The notes under the pieces were generated by a model that made no database searches, was not told the DNA's origin, and saw nothing but the letters and a program-made list of their open reading frames with translations. The position numbers and the translations under genes are program-made. This document shows, piece by piece, positions 8,821 to 19,396 of a DNA stretch of 64,000 nucleotides (the stretch's first letter is position 1; every line of letters begins with the position of its first letter). This stretch comes from an uncultured delta proteobacterium (GTDB lineage Bacteria; Myxococcota_A; Polyangia; Fen-1088), in NCBI GenBank assembly GCA_963796685.1, contig CAWCMR010000003.1:1-64000 (forward strand). Reading direction: 5' to 3'.

Positions 8821-11800
8821 CGCAGCGTCCCGGTTACGCCCATGATGAACGGCGCCGAGCCGGGCGCGCCGGGATCTTGCGGTAGTGCGCCCACCATGGG
8901 CGACCAGCTGGCGACGTCGAACAGGTTGCGCAGCTCGTGCAGGGCGTTTCTCACCAGCGAGGGCTTCGCGTCGGCGAGCACGTCGGCGGAGGTGAGCTCG
9001 GCGCCGTCATTGCCAGGGGCAGAGTCGCCGAGGTGGGCCGAGAAGCCGGCGATCCTGCGGCTCGGAATCCACGCCGCGTGACCTTCGTTCGAGGAAGGGG
9101 AGGAAGAGGGCGAGCGCAGACGCGGCACCAGCACCGCTGCCGTGGCGATGCCCAAAAGCGGGCCAGCGGCCACACCGGCCAGGATGGGTCGCGCATCGTC
9201 CTTGCTCGACAGGGCCGCGCCCACGCCGCCGCCGAGCGCGGCGCCCACCGCGCCGCCCAAGCTCAGCCAGCCGAAGTCGCGCGGATCGACGAGGTCGGTC
9301 TTGACCAGGCCGTAACCAAGCAGCGCTCCCAGGTTCGCCCCGCCGAGGCCGCCCAGGGTGACCTCGTGGGAATCGCGGCTGGCGAGCGCACCCGCGAACG
9401 CGCCCGTCCACGCGCCCCAGGCCGCGAAGCCGGTGCTGGTCAGGCCTTTGCTGGTCCCGAGATCGGTGCTGGTTGCGGCAGCGACGCCGAGTCCCGCCCC
9501 GAGCCCGGCGCCGATCAAGCCGGCGCCCGCGTAGTCGCTTGCACCGCTGCTTCGTCCGGCCCATGCGAACACCAGACCTTCCGCCGCGCCGAGCGTGCTG
9601 CCGGCCACAACATTGCCGACGCCGCGACCTTGCATGTCGATGGAGGGACCGACAATCGCGCCGAGGCCGAGGCCGAGCGCGGTCCCTCCCAGCGTCAGGC
9701 CGTAGCCGCGTTGGTCGTGCAAGTTGCCGGCGAGCAGGACGGTGCCGCCCGCGAGCTCGGCGCCCATCACGCTGCCCAGGGTCGACTTGGCCAAACGCTC
9801 GCCCGATGGATCGAGAAGGCGGCTGGTCAGGATCGCCGCGCCAGTCGCGCCCAATCCACCGGCGGCCAGTCCGGCGACGATCTGGCGGTCGCTAACCTCT
9901 GCCGCCGGGCGCAGCACGTAGGGCAGAACGCCGCCGAACCACAATCCCTCGGCGCCCGCGAAGGTCAGGTACGGGACGTCGTCTTCGGAGAGGTCTATGT
10001 GATGGTGGAGCACGCCGCCGAGGACCAGGCCCGCCCCGCCCGCGGCCAGCATGCCGATCACCGGCGCATCGTCGCGCGCGCTGGCCAGGATGCCCACGCC
10101 CGCGCCTGCGCCGGTCCAGATGCCGTCGAGAGCGAGAGCGTTCAAGGTCAGATCGGGATCCACCTCGAGCCGGGTGGCCAGCGAGGCCGCCAGCAACGAG
10201 CCCGCGCCCGCGCCGGCCAGGATGCCGCCTTCGGTGGCCCTGGGGCTGACGTCGCCGCTGCTTGCGTGTCCCAGGCGAGGAAGGAGCGCGCCGTCGAAGC
10301 CACCGACCGCGAGCGCCGCCGATAGGAAGGGCAGGGTGCCGTCGTGGAAGTCGGAGCGCGCCCATAGGCCCGCGCCCAAGCCCAATCCCGCGCCGAGTCC
10401 CGCCACCAGGCCGATGCGCAGGCCGCGGCTTTGGTCCGTCCCGTCGATCATCATACCGAGGCCGAGGCCGGTCAGGGCTCCGTCGAGGCTGCCGAGACCA
10501 CACGCTGTTACGGCGCCGGGGGTTGCGTCGACCGCGTGGGCCAGCGTGACCGCGGCGACCGAACCCGCGCCCACACCCAGGAGCAATCCGCCCTCGGTGT
10601 CACGCTGCCAACCTGGCCAGGTCGCTTCACCAAGGGTCGGTGCCAGCGCGCCCAGCAAACCACCCAGGCCGGCGCCGAAGGGCAACGCCGTCGCATCGCC
10701 CGGACCGAGGGGTGCATCGTGCGCTACCAGCGCGCCGGCGCCGAGCCCGGCCAGCGATCCCGCCATGGTGGCCGTGCTGTCCGGCCGGCTGGTGGCCGGA
10801 TTCGGCGAGCGCCAACATGATGAGGCCGCGGCCCATGAACGCGCCGGCCACGCTGGTTCCGGTCGCGGTTGCGATGCCTTCGAAGCCTGGATCGTAGCGC
10901 TTGGACAAGAGCAGCCCCGAGGCCACTCCCAGCGAGGCGCCGAGCAGGGCGCCGCCCTTTTGCGCGCGGGCGTTTTCGCTCTCGTCGCCCGGCGTGGGAT
11001 AGAGCACGTCGGTCAGGAACGCACCGTTTACCGCGCCGGTCAGTCCGCCCAGGACGGCCATGGCAGGCGCGGACGTGCCGAGCCCGTCGCTCAAGCGAAG
11101 CCGCCGATCGAGGAGCGTGGCGCCCGCGATGCCGCCGAGTGAGCCGGCCACCACGCCGATGCGCTCGGGCTGGGTGTCGGCGTGGGCCCACAAAAGGCCC
11201 GCCCCTGCGCCCATGCCGGTGCCGAGCAAACCGCCCGCGGCGGTGACGAGGACATTGGCTCCACTGGCGCTCGTCAGGTGCGCGATTCCTGCGCCGGCGG
11301 CCGTGCCCAGGGAGAGCCCGAGCCAGGTGGCGCCGGTGGTGTTGCGCGAGCCCTCCCAGTTGCCGAGCTCCAGGCTGGGAACCAGCTGGCCGAGCAGGAT
11401 GCCTTGGGCCGCGCCCAGGGCCGCGCCGCCGAGGTCGGGGGCTTGCAAGCGTGTCTTGTGCGCCAGCAGCGCGCCCGCGGCGAGGCCGCCGACCGAGCCA
11501 CCGAGCACACCCGCGAGCTCGCCATTGCCTCGTGTCTCTGTGGCCAACGTGCCCACGCCCATTCCCGCGCTCATGCCGAGCGCGGTGGCTGCCGCGGCGG
11601 TTGCGTAGTCGGCCTCGTCGGGATCGAAGCGGGCCGAGGCCAGCGTGCCCACGATGCCCGCCGCTGGGGCGAAGGCCAGCAGGCCCCCCGCGAGGCGCGC
11701 ATCGGCCGGGCGACCCGCGGCGAGGTTGGCCAGGCCCCAGGTGCCGGCGCCGTAGAGGAGTCCCGCTGCGCCCATGCCCGCGGCCTGCGGACCCACGCGC

Positions 11801-13686
11801 AGGTAGGGCGCGGCGACAGCTCCGGCAGCCAGCAGCCCCACGCCGCCGAGGCCCGCGCCCAGCGTCCACTTCTCGCTGTTGTCGGGCGAGACGAGCATGT
11901 GCGTGCCAAGGCCCATGCTGTTGCCGACCAGCATGGCACCCGCGCCCGCCATGGCCTGCGAGCCCGAAACCTCGACGAAGGGCGAGGCCGCGATGGCCGC
12001 CAGGTATCCCGCCGACAGGCCCAGCATCATCCCGCCCTGGCCCACGTGACCGCCAAAGGGCTCGCTGCCATCGACGCCCGAGGCGATGAGCCCTGCCGTC
12101 CAGGCCGAGCCGGCAGCGGCCACGCCGGCCAATTGCACATCGTTCTTCGAGACATCGAGGTAGCGGCTCGCCACCGCGGCGGCGATCATGGCCGGTGCCG
12201 TGCCGTAGCCGACGAAGGCAGGGACGTCGAGGCTCGTCGAATCCCGCGCCACGCGCTCGACGCCCATGCCGCCGAGGCCGGCCGCCAGCACCAAGCTATC
12301 GGCCAGCGCGACTTGCGAGGCCGTCCACGGCCAGCGCCGCGCTCCGTACACGCCCGCGGCCATGCCGCCCAGCTCGCCGCCCACGAGCAGCCCGTACTTG
12401 AGCTTGGCGTTGTCGGAGCCGCTGCCCGCCCAGACCAGGAGCCCGGCCAGCACTCCCCAGGCGGTGGTGTTGGTGTAGAAGAGCGCTTGCTCGGGCGTGG
12501 GCGTCTTGCCGAAGTGAACCAGACCGAGGGCGGTCCCGCCGCCGATGATGGCACCCGCCGAACCGGCCAAGGTGATGAAGCCGACGCTGTCCTGCAAGGC
12601 CAGCTTGGACAGGCCGGCGCCCCACAGGCCGCCGGCCAAGGTCGAGGTCGTGATGGCCAAGGCCGCGCCGTCGGAGGGCTTGGGTGGCGGGGACGTCGGC
12701 TGCGGAACCGGCGCCGGAGTCGAAGCCGGCACCGGAATGGGTTCCGGATCCCGGGCCGGTGCTCTGCGTTCGGACTGGACGATGGTCGTGTAGCTTGTCG
12801 CCGGGGTCGCGGGCCGTAAGCGCAATCGGTCGCGCTGGCCGGCATCGTCGAGCAGATTCTGCAAGGGTTCGGTTCGTCCGAGGGTGGCAAGCGCGTCCAT
12901 GCTGGCCCTGCGAACCGATTCGTCTTCATCGTGGGCTGACGCGGCGGCCAGCGCGCCCTTGCTGCGTTCGATCTTGCAGGCGGCGAGCGATGCCGCGGCA
13001 GCGGCGCGCGTGGCGGGCGGCGCCGGAGGAAACAGATCCATCATCCACGCGGCGACCTCGACGCTGGGGCACCCCTTGGTTGGCGTGGCCTGGACCGCCG
13101 GTTGCGCAGGCAGCGGCGCGGCGGCTTCCAGGCCAAGCACGAGCAGGACCTTCCCCTGCTCGCCGCGCAGGGTGAGGCTGACCTTGCGCCCGCCGCTTGC
13201 CCACACCACCTCGCACGAGAACGTGCCCACGCGCAACCACCCCAGCTTGGCATCGTCGTCGAGGCTGGCAATCCAGACGGGCTCGTGTCCGGTCACGCGC
13301 GCGGAAACGTCGCCGAGAAAGGCTTGTATGCGGGCCTCGCGATCCTTGAAGAGCGCGACCAGCGCCGGATAGTTGGCCAGTCCGAGCGAGGCCATGTCGC
13401 CCACCTGGTAGATGCGCGAGAGCCGGCCGTTTACGATCCAATAGGTCGTCGACGTTCCGGCCAGGTTGGCGAGCGACGTCAGGCCGGCGGGGCAGATCAT
13501 GGCCCCTTGCCGGGCGACCCGGCAGGCGATGCTCCGCGCCTGCATGAGGGCGGCGAGGTCGTCCCCGCTGGTCCCGAGGTCCACGCCGAAAACCAGCGGA
13601 ACGGCTGTGCTCTCCCCACGGGCCGCGGTCCCGTTCACCATCGCCAGCAGGGCCAGCGTACCCGCGATCGCTTTGAGCTTTGGCAT
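8817..13686 (-). CDS. Very large (~1620 aa) exported Gly/Ala-rich glycine-zipper protein with HEAT-like repeat; one +1 frameshift near 10795
   Basis: Signal peptide MPKLKAIAGTLALLAMVNGTAARG; HEAT-like AHDEDESVRRASMDALATL; dozens of GxxxG helices. Removing one C at ~10795 joins ORF 10627-13821 to ORF 8817-10766 (LAESG-TSRPDSTATMAGS). Confidence 0.75.
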
Positions 13687-13699
13687 CGGTGCCAGCGAC

Positions 13700-13716
13700 T
13701 GCAACGCGTATTCCAG
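13700..13716 (-). promoter_or_regulatory. Putative sigma-54 promoter
   Basis: Minus strand CTGGAATACGCGTTGCA, GG-N10-GC, immediately upstream of ATG 13686. Confidence 0.5.
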
Positions 13717-13928
13717 GGCGATTGGCCGAGGATTCACGAAAGAAAGGTCCGGAAACCCGATCACGGAAAGGCGGATTTCAAACGGTTCTGGTGAAGACCT
13801 GACAGCGTCCGCCCGAGCCATGGGAGCTCGGACGACGCGCCGGCAGGCAGGAAGAGTCGGCCGGGAGTTTGTGCTTTTCCGGTTGCGGACCCAGCGCAGA
13901 CCGCGAATTTCTGCCAGAATGGTGGGGC

Positions 13929-14855
13929 TTGCGTCTCCGCTCCCCCACGACCCGATTTCTGAACCGTGCGCGCCTCGTCTTCACGCTGACGGCGCTCGTT
14001 CCCACGATTCTGATCACCACCGTCGGGATCATCCTGCTGGCCATAGGCGGGTCGAAGTCCATGGCGGTCATTGGCGGTATCCTCTTGCTGTCCTTTTGCG
14101 CGGTCGCGCTGGCGGGGTACATCATCGGGACCACCTTCGTCACGCGCGGCGCGAGCCTGGCGGCGGTGCAGAACGAGTTCCTGGCCCAGGTCTCGCACGA
14201 GCTGCGCACGCCCCTCACGTCGATTCGCATGTTCATCGACACGCTCCGCGAGGAACGCGTGCACGACGAAGAGGAAAGACGTCGCTGTCTCAGTATCATC
14301 AATCAGGAGCTGGGGCGGCTCGACGGACTGGTGGGCCGGCTCATCGATCTGTCCAAGATCGAGCACCGGCACGCGGTCTTCGACCGTCGCAACGTGACCG
14401 TTACCGACATCGTGGCCGACGCGCTGGCCTCGTTCGACGCGGTCAAGGTGGGCAGCGAAGTCGAGCTTCACGTTGACGTGCAGCCGAACCTGGTGGTTTT
14501 CGGCGACCGGTCCGCGCTGGCCCAGGCCGTGGGCAACCTGCTTGGCAACGCCTGGAAGTACACGCCGTCGCAAGGCAAGAAGATCGACATCGTGGCCGCC
14601 GCGGACGCAAAGCACGTCACCATCACGGTGGGCGACAACGGCGAGGGCATCAAGGGCGCGGAGGCGGACAGGATTTTCGAGAAGTTCAGTCGCGGCTCCT
14701 CGGCCAAGGAGCGCGGAATCCCTGGCTCGGGGCTGGGACTGGCCATCGTGCAGGCCGTGGTCGAGGCTCACCAGGGCAGGGTCGACGTCAGGTCGATCGA
14801 AGGCCACGGGGCGCGCTTTCGCATCGTGCTTCCCCGTCGAAAAGAGGCGGCATGA
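13929..14855 (+). CDS. Membrane sensor histidine kinase (HisKA + HATPase)
   Basis: Two TM helices; VSHELRTPLTSI; NLLGNAWKYT; DNGEGI; GSGLGLAI. TTG start at 13929 inferred. Confidence 0.92.
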   Translation: MRLRSPTTRFLNRARLVFTLTALVPTILITTVGIILLAIGGSKSMAVIGGILLLSFCAVALAGYIIGTTFVTRGASLAAVQNEFLAQVSHELRTPLTSIRMFIDTLREERVHDEEERRRCLSIINQELGRLDGLVGRLIDLSKIEHRHAVFDRRNVTVTDIVADALASFDAVKVGSEVELHVDVQPNLVVFGDRSALAQAVGNLLGNAWKYTPSQGKKIDIVAAADAKHVTITVGDNGEGIKGAEADRIFEKFSRGSSAKERGIPGSGLGLAIVQAVVEAHQGRVDVRSIEGHGARFRIVLPRRKEAA

Positions 14856-15616
14856 GCGAGAGCACGGCCGGTCCTTTGGTTGCCATCGTCGAGGACGACG
14901 AGGCCATCGCGGAAGGGCTGTCGCTGAATCTCAAGCTGCAAGGCTACCGGACCGAGGTCATGGGCGATGGCGAGACCGCGCGCAAGCGCATCGAAACCGG
15001 CTCGCCGGATCTGGTCTTGCTGGATATCTCGCTGCCCAAGCAGAGCGGTTTGTGGGTGCTCGAGCGCCTGCGCGAGGCCGAGGATCAGGTGCCGGTCATC
15101 GTTCTTTCGGCGCGCCAGGATGAATACGACAAGGTGGCTGCGCTGCAACTGGGAGCGGACGACTACGTCACCAAGCCTTTTGCCCTGGCCGAGCTACTGG
15201 CGCGCATCTCGGCCGTGCTCCGCCGCACGCGCATGGGGACCAGGCCCGCGCCGGAAGGAGTGGTCGAAACGAAGCCCGCTGACCCGGTCGAGACCCCGCT
15301 GCCGGACTCGGGGCCGATCCTGAGCTTCGGAGATGTGGTCGTGGATCTGGACACGCGCTCGGTGAGCCGTTCGGGCAAGCCGGTGCGGCTGACCCACCTG
15401 GAATTCGAGCTGCTCAGCTTCTTCTGCCGCAGCTCGCGTCGGGTCTATTCGCGCGAGCACCTTCTGCGCGAGGTATGGGGACTGCGGCAGGCCGGCCAGG
15501 CGCGCACCGTGGACAACTTCATGGCCCAGCTGCGCTCGAAGCTCGAGGTCGATCCCGAGAGGCCGCGCCACCTCTTGACCGTTCGAGGCAGCGGTTACCG
15601 CTTCGTGCCGGATTGA
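14852..15616 (+). CDS. OmpR/PhoB-family response regulator
   Basis: Receiver VEDD...LLDISLP...GADDYVTKPF; winged helix LTHLEFELL...RTVDNFMAQLRSKLE...TVRGSGYRF; ATGA overlap with the kinase. Confidence 0.95.
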   Translation: MSESTAGPLVAIVEDDEAIAEGLSLNLKLQGYRTEVMGDGETARKRIETGSPDLVLLDISLPKQSGLWVLERLREAEDQVPVIVLSARQDEYDKVAALQLGADDYVTKPFALAELLARISAVLRRTRMGTRPAPEGVVETKPADPVETPLPDSGPILSFGDVVVDLDTRSVSRSGKPVRLTHLEFELLSFFCRSSRRVYSREHLLREVWGLRQAGQARTVDNFMAQLRSKLEVDPERPRHLLTVRGSGYRFVPD

Positions 15617-15628
15617 CCAGCGCGTGAA

Positions 15629-17257
15629 TCAGACCGCGGCCTGTGCCCGATCATCCAGCGCATCGACCAGGGGCAGATGCCTGAGCGCGTGGACGGCGTG
15701 TGTCTTGTTGGCCTTTCTGGCGGCCTCGGCATCCTCTTGGCGAACCTCTTCGATGGCATCCGCAAGCCGGGGCAAAACCGCTTCCTCGGTGTAGCGAATC
15801 ATGTGTTCTCCCGCGACGGCCAGCGCGATGGCGCGGGCGAGGCGACCGGGCGCGTAGCGCAAGGCCTGCCCCAGGAAGCGCCAGTAAGCCTTGCGATACT
15901 TGCCGCGCACGCCCTGGCGCCACATCGAGCTGACCACGCAACGAAGGGCATAGCTCCAAGGCAAGCTGAAGTGAGCGTCGCTGCGCGGGTACAGGCGCAG
16001 GGCGCGCAGGCAGCGCGCGAAGTACTCCTCGGGGGAGTAAATCTGTTTCAAGGTGGCGCGATAGGTTTCGAGCAGGGTCGACTCGGGCACCTTGGTCTTG
16101 AAATTGGCGCGTCCGAAGGTCTCGCCGCTCGCGCGTTCGATGAGTCGTCCCTCGCGCGTCAGCCTGCGTTCGAGTTGCGTGCCCGGCAAGGCCGTCAGGA
16201 TACCGATCATGGCTTGCGGGATCGGCGAACGCAGGACCCATTCGCGTTGCCGATCGAGAGCGGCCCCATCGTCGGCGTCGAAGCCCATGATGAAGCCCGC
16301 GGTCACGTCGAGGCCGGAGCGAATCAGGGTTTCGATGGCCGCGTTGAGATCCACCTTGAGATTCTGCCCCTTGTGGGTTTCGCGCAGGGCCTCCCGCGAG
16401 GGTGTCTCGATGCCGACGAACACGCAATCGAAGCCGGCCGCCACCATGCCGGCCATGAGGTCCGGGCACCCGGCCAGATCCACGCTGGCCTCGGTGAAGA
16501 ACTGAAAGGGGAACTTGTGCGCGCGCATCCACGTGGTGAGCGGCGCCAACAATCCCAAGGTCTCTTTGCGATTGCCGACGAAATTGTCGTCGACCACGAA
16601 GACCGAGCCGCGAAACCCCGTGGCCAGAATGGCGTCGAGCTCGCGACAGAATTGCGTCGGCCGCTTGGTGCGCGGTCGCCGGCCGAAAAGCTCGACGATG
16701 TCGCAGAACTCGCAACTGAACGGGCAGCCGCGACCCCATTGCACGCCGATGGCGTGGTAGGCCTTGATGTCGAGCAAATCGTAGCGCGGCGGAGGGAGTT
16801 GCTTGAGGTCGGGCCGTCCGGAGCTCACGAAACGTGCTGGCAGCGCCGAGCGATCGCCGAGCAGTGCCTCGCACAAGGGAGCGATGAGGTCCTCCGCTTC
16901 GCCCATGACGATGGAATCCACGTAGGGGGCGAGCGCGTCGGGCGTGGCCGTGGCATGTGGGCCGCCCGCGATGACGGTCTTGCCCATGGCACGGGCTCGC
17001 GCGGCCACCTCCAGCATGGACGGCCGTTGAACCAACATTCCCGACAGGAAGACGACATCGGCCCAGGTCAGATCCCGGTCTTCGAGCGACCGCACGTTCA
17101 TGTCGCAGAGTCGAACTTCCCAGTCGCGCGGCAGCATGGCCGCCACCGTGAGCAGGCCGAGCGGGGGAAGAATCGAGCGCTTGCCGATGAACTGGAGCGT
17201 TCGCTCATGGCCCCAGTAGGTCTCCGGAAACACTGGCGAGATGCACAAGACCTTCAT
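15629..17257 (-). CDS. B12-binding radical SAM protein (DUF4070-type)
   Basis: PPLGLLTVAAMLP and GGPHAT cobalamin-binding domain; RGCPFSCEFCDI CxxxCxxC motif; FVGIETP. Confidence 0.9.
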   Translation of the reverse strand: MKVLCISPVFPETYWGHERTLQFIGKRSILPPLGLLTVAAMLPRDWEVRLCDMNVRSLEDRDLTWADVVFLSGMLVQRPSMLEVAARARAMGKTVIAGGPHATATPDALAPYVDSIVMGEAEDLIAPLCEALLGDRSALPARFVSSGRPDLKQLPPPRYDLLDIKAYHAIGVQWGRGCPFSCEFCDIVELFGRRPRTKRPTQFCRELDAILATGFRGSVFVVDDNFVGNRKETLGLLAPLTTWMRAHKFPFQFFTEASVDLAGCPDLMAGMVAAGFDCVFVGIETPSREALRETHKGQNLKVDLNAAIETLIRSGLDVTAGFIMGFDADDGAALDRQREWVLRSPIPQAMIGILTALPGTQLERRLTREGRLIERASGETFGRANFKTKVPESTLLETYRATLKQIYSPEEYFARCLRALRLYPRSDAHFSLPWSYALRCVVSSMWRQGVRGKYRKAYWRFLGQALRYAPGRLARAIALAVAGEHMIRYTEEAVLPRLADAIEEVRQEDAEAARKANKTHAVHALRHLPLVDALDDRAQAAV

Positions 17258-17514
17258 GTCAGCATTAGCTCACGTCCCCTGTCAGGGTTGTGTCACGGAC
17301 GCGTCATTTTCGATGGGAGGCCTCGGCATCCGCCACCCGCCCTGCCACTCCCGCGCTGAGCGCGGCCTCGCCAAACCCTCGGCGACGGATGCACGCACCC
17401 AATCGGAGCGATGAGGGGTGGTCGTGGACGTAGACCCATCAGCGTCCACGAGCCTCTGCGGCTCTCGCGGGATGATGGCGCCGGGCGAAGCCTGGCTATG
17501 CCAACGCGATAAGT

Positions 17515-17766
17515 CTACTCACTTCTCTCGAGTTGCTCGACCGAGCCGGCAGCTTCGCCTTCGGGAGCACTTTCTGGAACGCCTTCTATGGGCTGAGGCC
17601 CGGGCACGATACCGGCGAGGTCAGGATCCTCGTCAGGATCGAGTGGACCATGATCCTGACGATCCGAATGCCGCTGGAGGCGGCGCTCGGCCTTTTCCTT
17701 TTGTCGCTTCTGCCGAAGAACTTCCTTCTTCCGTTTTTCGGCTGCGTTTTTCGTGCCCGGTCTCAC
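17515..17766 (-). CDS. Small basic/acidic hypothetical protein downstream of the RRM gene
   Basis: GTG 17766 lies 7 nt after the RRM stop; EKRKKEVLRQKRQKEKAERR...EDPDLAGIVPGPQP. Confidence 0.65.
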   Translation of the reverse strand: MRPGTKNAAEKRKKEVLRQKRQKEKAERRLQRHSDRQDHGPLDPDEDPDLAGIVPGPQPIEGVPESAPEGEAAGSVEQLERSE

Positions 17767-17773
17767 GCCTGGT

Positions 17774-18154
17774 CTACCAACGCTGCTTGCGTCCGCCGCC
17801 GAATCCACCACGATCGCCGCCGCCGCCGCCGCCGCCACCGCCGAATCCACCGCGACCGCCGCCGCCACCGCCGCCGAATCCGCCGCGACCGCCACCACCA
17901 CCCGTGCGCTCGCGCGCTTCACTGACCGCGATGGAACGGCCCTGCAGATCCTTGCCGTTCAGGTTTTCGATCGCGTTCTGTGCGCCGGCATCGGTCGCCA
18001 TCTCGACGAATGCAAAGCCACGTGGACGCCCGGTGTCTCGGTCGAGCACCAGCTTGACCTCGGCCACTTCATGTCCGGTCGCTACGAATGCGTCGCGCAG
18101 ATCCGCCTCGGTCGTCGAGTAGGACAAATTGCCAACATACAGTCTCTTTCCCAT
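17774..18154 (-). CDS. RRM RNA-binding protein with Gly-rich RGG tail
   Basis: RNP2 LYVGNL; RNP1 RGFAFVEM; GGRGGFGG tail; RBS AAGGAG. Confidence 0.95.
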   Translation of the reverse strand: MGKRLYVGNLSYSTTEADLRDAFVATGHEVAEVKLVLDRDTGRPRGFAFVEMATDAGAQNAIENLNGKDLQGRSIAVSEARERTGGGGGRGGFGGGGGGGRGGFGGGGGGGGGDRGGFGGGRKQRW

Positions 18155-18784
18155 CGGAATCTCCTTCGTTCTCTGCCAGGTTTCATTTTCCGTCGACTAC
18201 CCAGCAGCGGCCTTGGAGGAGCCTCAGACGGGAGACGATCAGCCGATTTAACTCAACAAGATTGGAATCGCTCGGACCGCGATCCGCTACGAGTCGCTTT
18301 GTTGTTTCTTATCGTCGTGGCCGAAGCCCGACGCGTCGTCACCCCTCGCGCTACATACGAACCGGTTCCAAGGTCAGGTCGACCCTGGTGAGTTAAGTCT
18401 ATGGGCAAGAGGATGGGGCTGCCCTGGGAAAAAGTCCAGGGGGTTGTGGAAGATTCTCTTGCGAAAGACGCATTGGGATATGAGTTGTCTGCAGAAGCCG
18501 ACTGAAGGTGATCTCGGGGATTTGGGCGCGTCACACGATGTTCTATTGCGTCGTTCGATTCTCGAAGTTTTCTTGTAACCAAAGTGATGATGCGACGCCT
18601 CGACAGTGGACAAGTGACCGTGCTTCCGGGTACCGTGCGCTTGAATTTCTCGCCGTGGCTACCGTGAAGACGTTCAAGGAGCAGCAAGGCCGGCCGAGCA
18701 GGAACGATCGAGTTTCCAGCCGCCGGACTGAAGCTTTGCGTGGGGCGGATGTCCGCGAACGGCAGCCTGAAAGGGACGCCAGCA

Positions 18785-19396
18785 ATGAGTAACATCGGAG
18801 CCGCAACCGCTCCGTCGAACCCAGGGGAGGGTCGCCAGCCGGCGGGAGGGCCAGCGGAACGCGTCGTCGTCGCGTTCGTTTGCGAGAACTGCTCGCGGGC
18901 CGGGCTGCTGCCGACTTCGGGATTCCGGCGTCGTCCGACCACGCCCGATTTCGCATGGCCTTTCCCGGTCAGCGAGGTGATCGCGCCGTGCGCTGGACGC
19001 TTGCAGCCCGAGCATCTCCTCAAGGCCTTCGAGGACGGCGTGGACGCGGTTGGCGTCATCTGCTGCGAGGAAGGCAACTGCCACCACCTCGAAGGCAACC
19101 TGCGCTGCGGTCGCCGCCTCGACTATGTGGGCGGGCTCCTCGATCAGATTGGCCTGGGGGCCAATCGCCTGATGGTCTTCCACCTGCCAGGATCGGCGAA
19201 GGAAGACATGGCCCTTGGCGTCGGCGCGACCGCGACCGTCGATCCAAACATTCCGGAGATGAATCGCAAGGTCGCGTCCGTGCGCGACGCGTTTGTCGCC
19301 CGCCTAGCAACCCTGACAGCCAACCCCGTGCGCAAGGGCGCCTTGCTCGACGAATCCCCCTACGAAGTGGACAGCGAAGATGAAAGCGACGAATAA
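18785..19396 (+). CDS. mvhD: MvhD/FlpD-family [2Fe-2S] subunit (copy 1)
   Basis: AFVCENC, PCAGRLQPEHLLKAFEDGVDAV, CEEGNCHHLEGN. Confidence 0.85.
   Translation: MSNIGAATAPSNPGEGRQPAGGPAERVVVAFVCENCSRAGLLPTSGFRRRPTTPDFAWPFPVSEVIAPCAGRLQPEHLLKAFEDGVDAVGVICCEEGNCHHLEGNLRCGRRLDYVGGLLDQIGLGANRLMVFHLPGSAKEDMALGVGATATVDPNIPEMNRKVASVRDAFVARLATLTANPVRKGALLDESPYEVDSEDESDE

Noticed and set aside
10785-10805. Programmed ribosomal frameshift in the giant Gly-rich gene
   Set aside because: No slippery heptamer; a single extra C explains it, and the assembly shows indels elsewhere
18155-18784. Riboswitch or ncRNA in the long divergent intergenic region
   Set aside because: Only short hairpins were seen and no SAM, THF, cobalamin or glutamine riboswitch consensus was recognised; an Rfam scan would be needed
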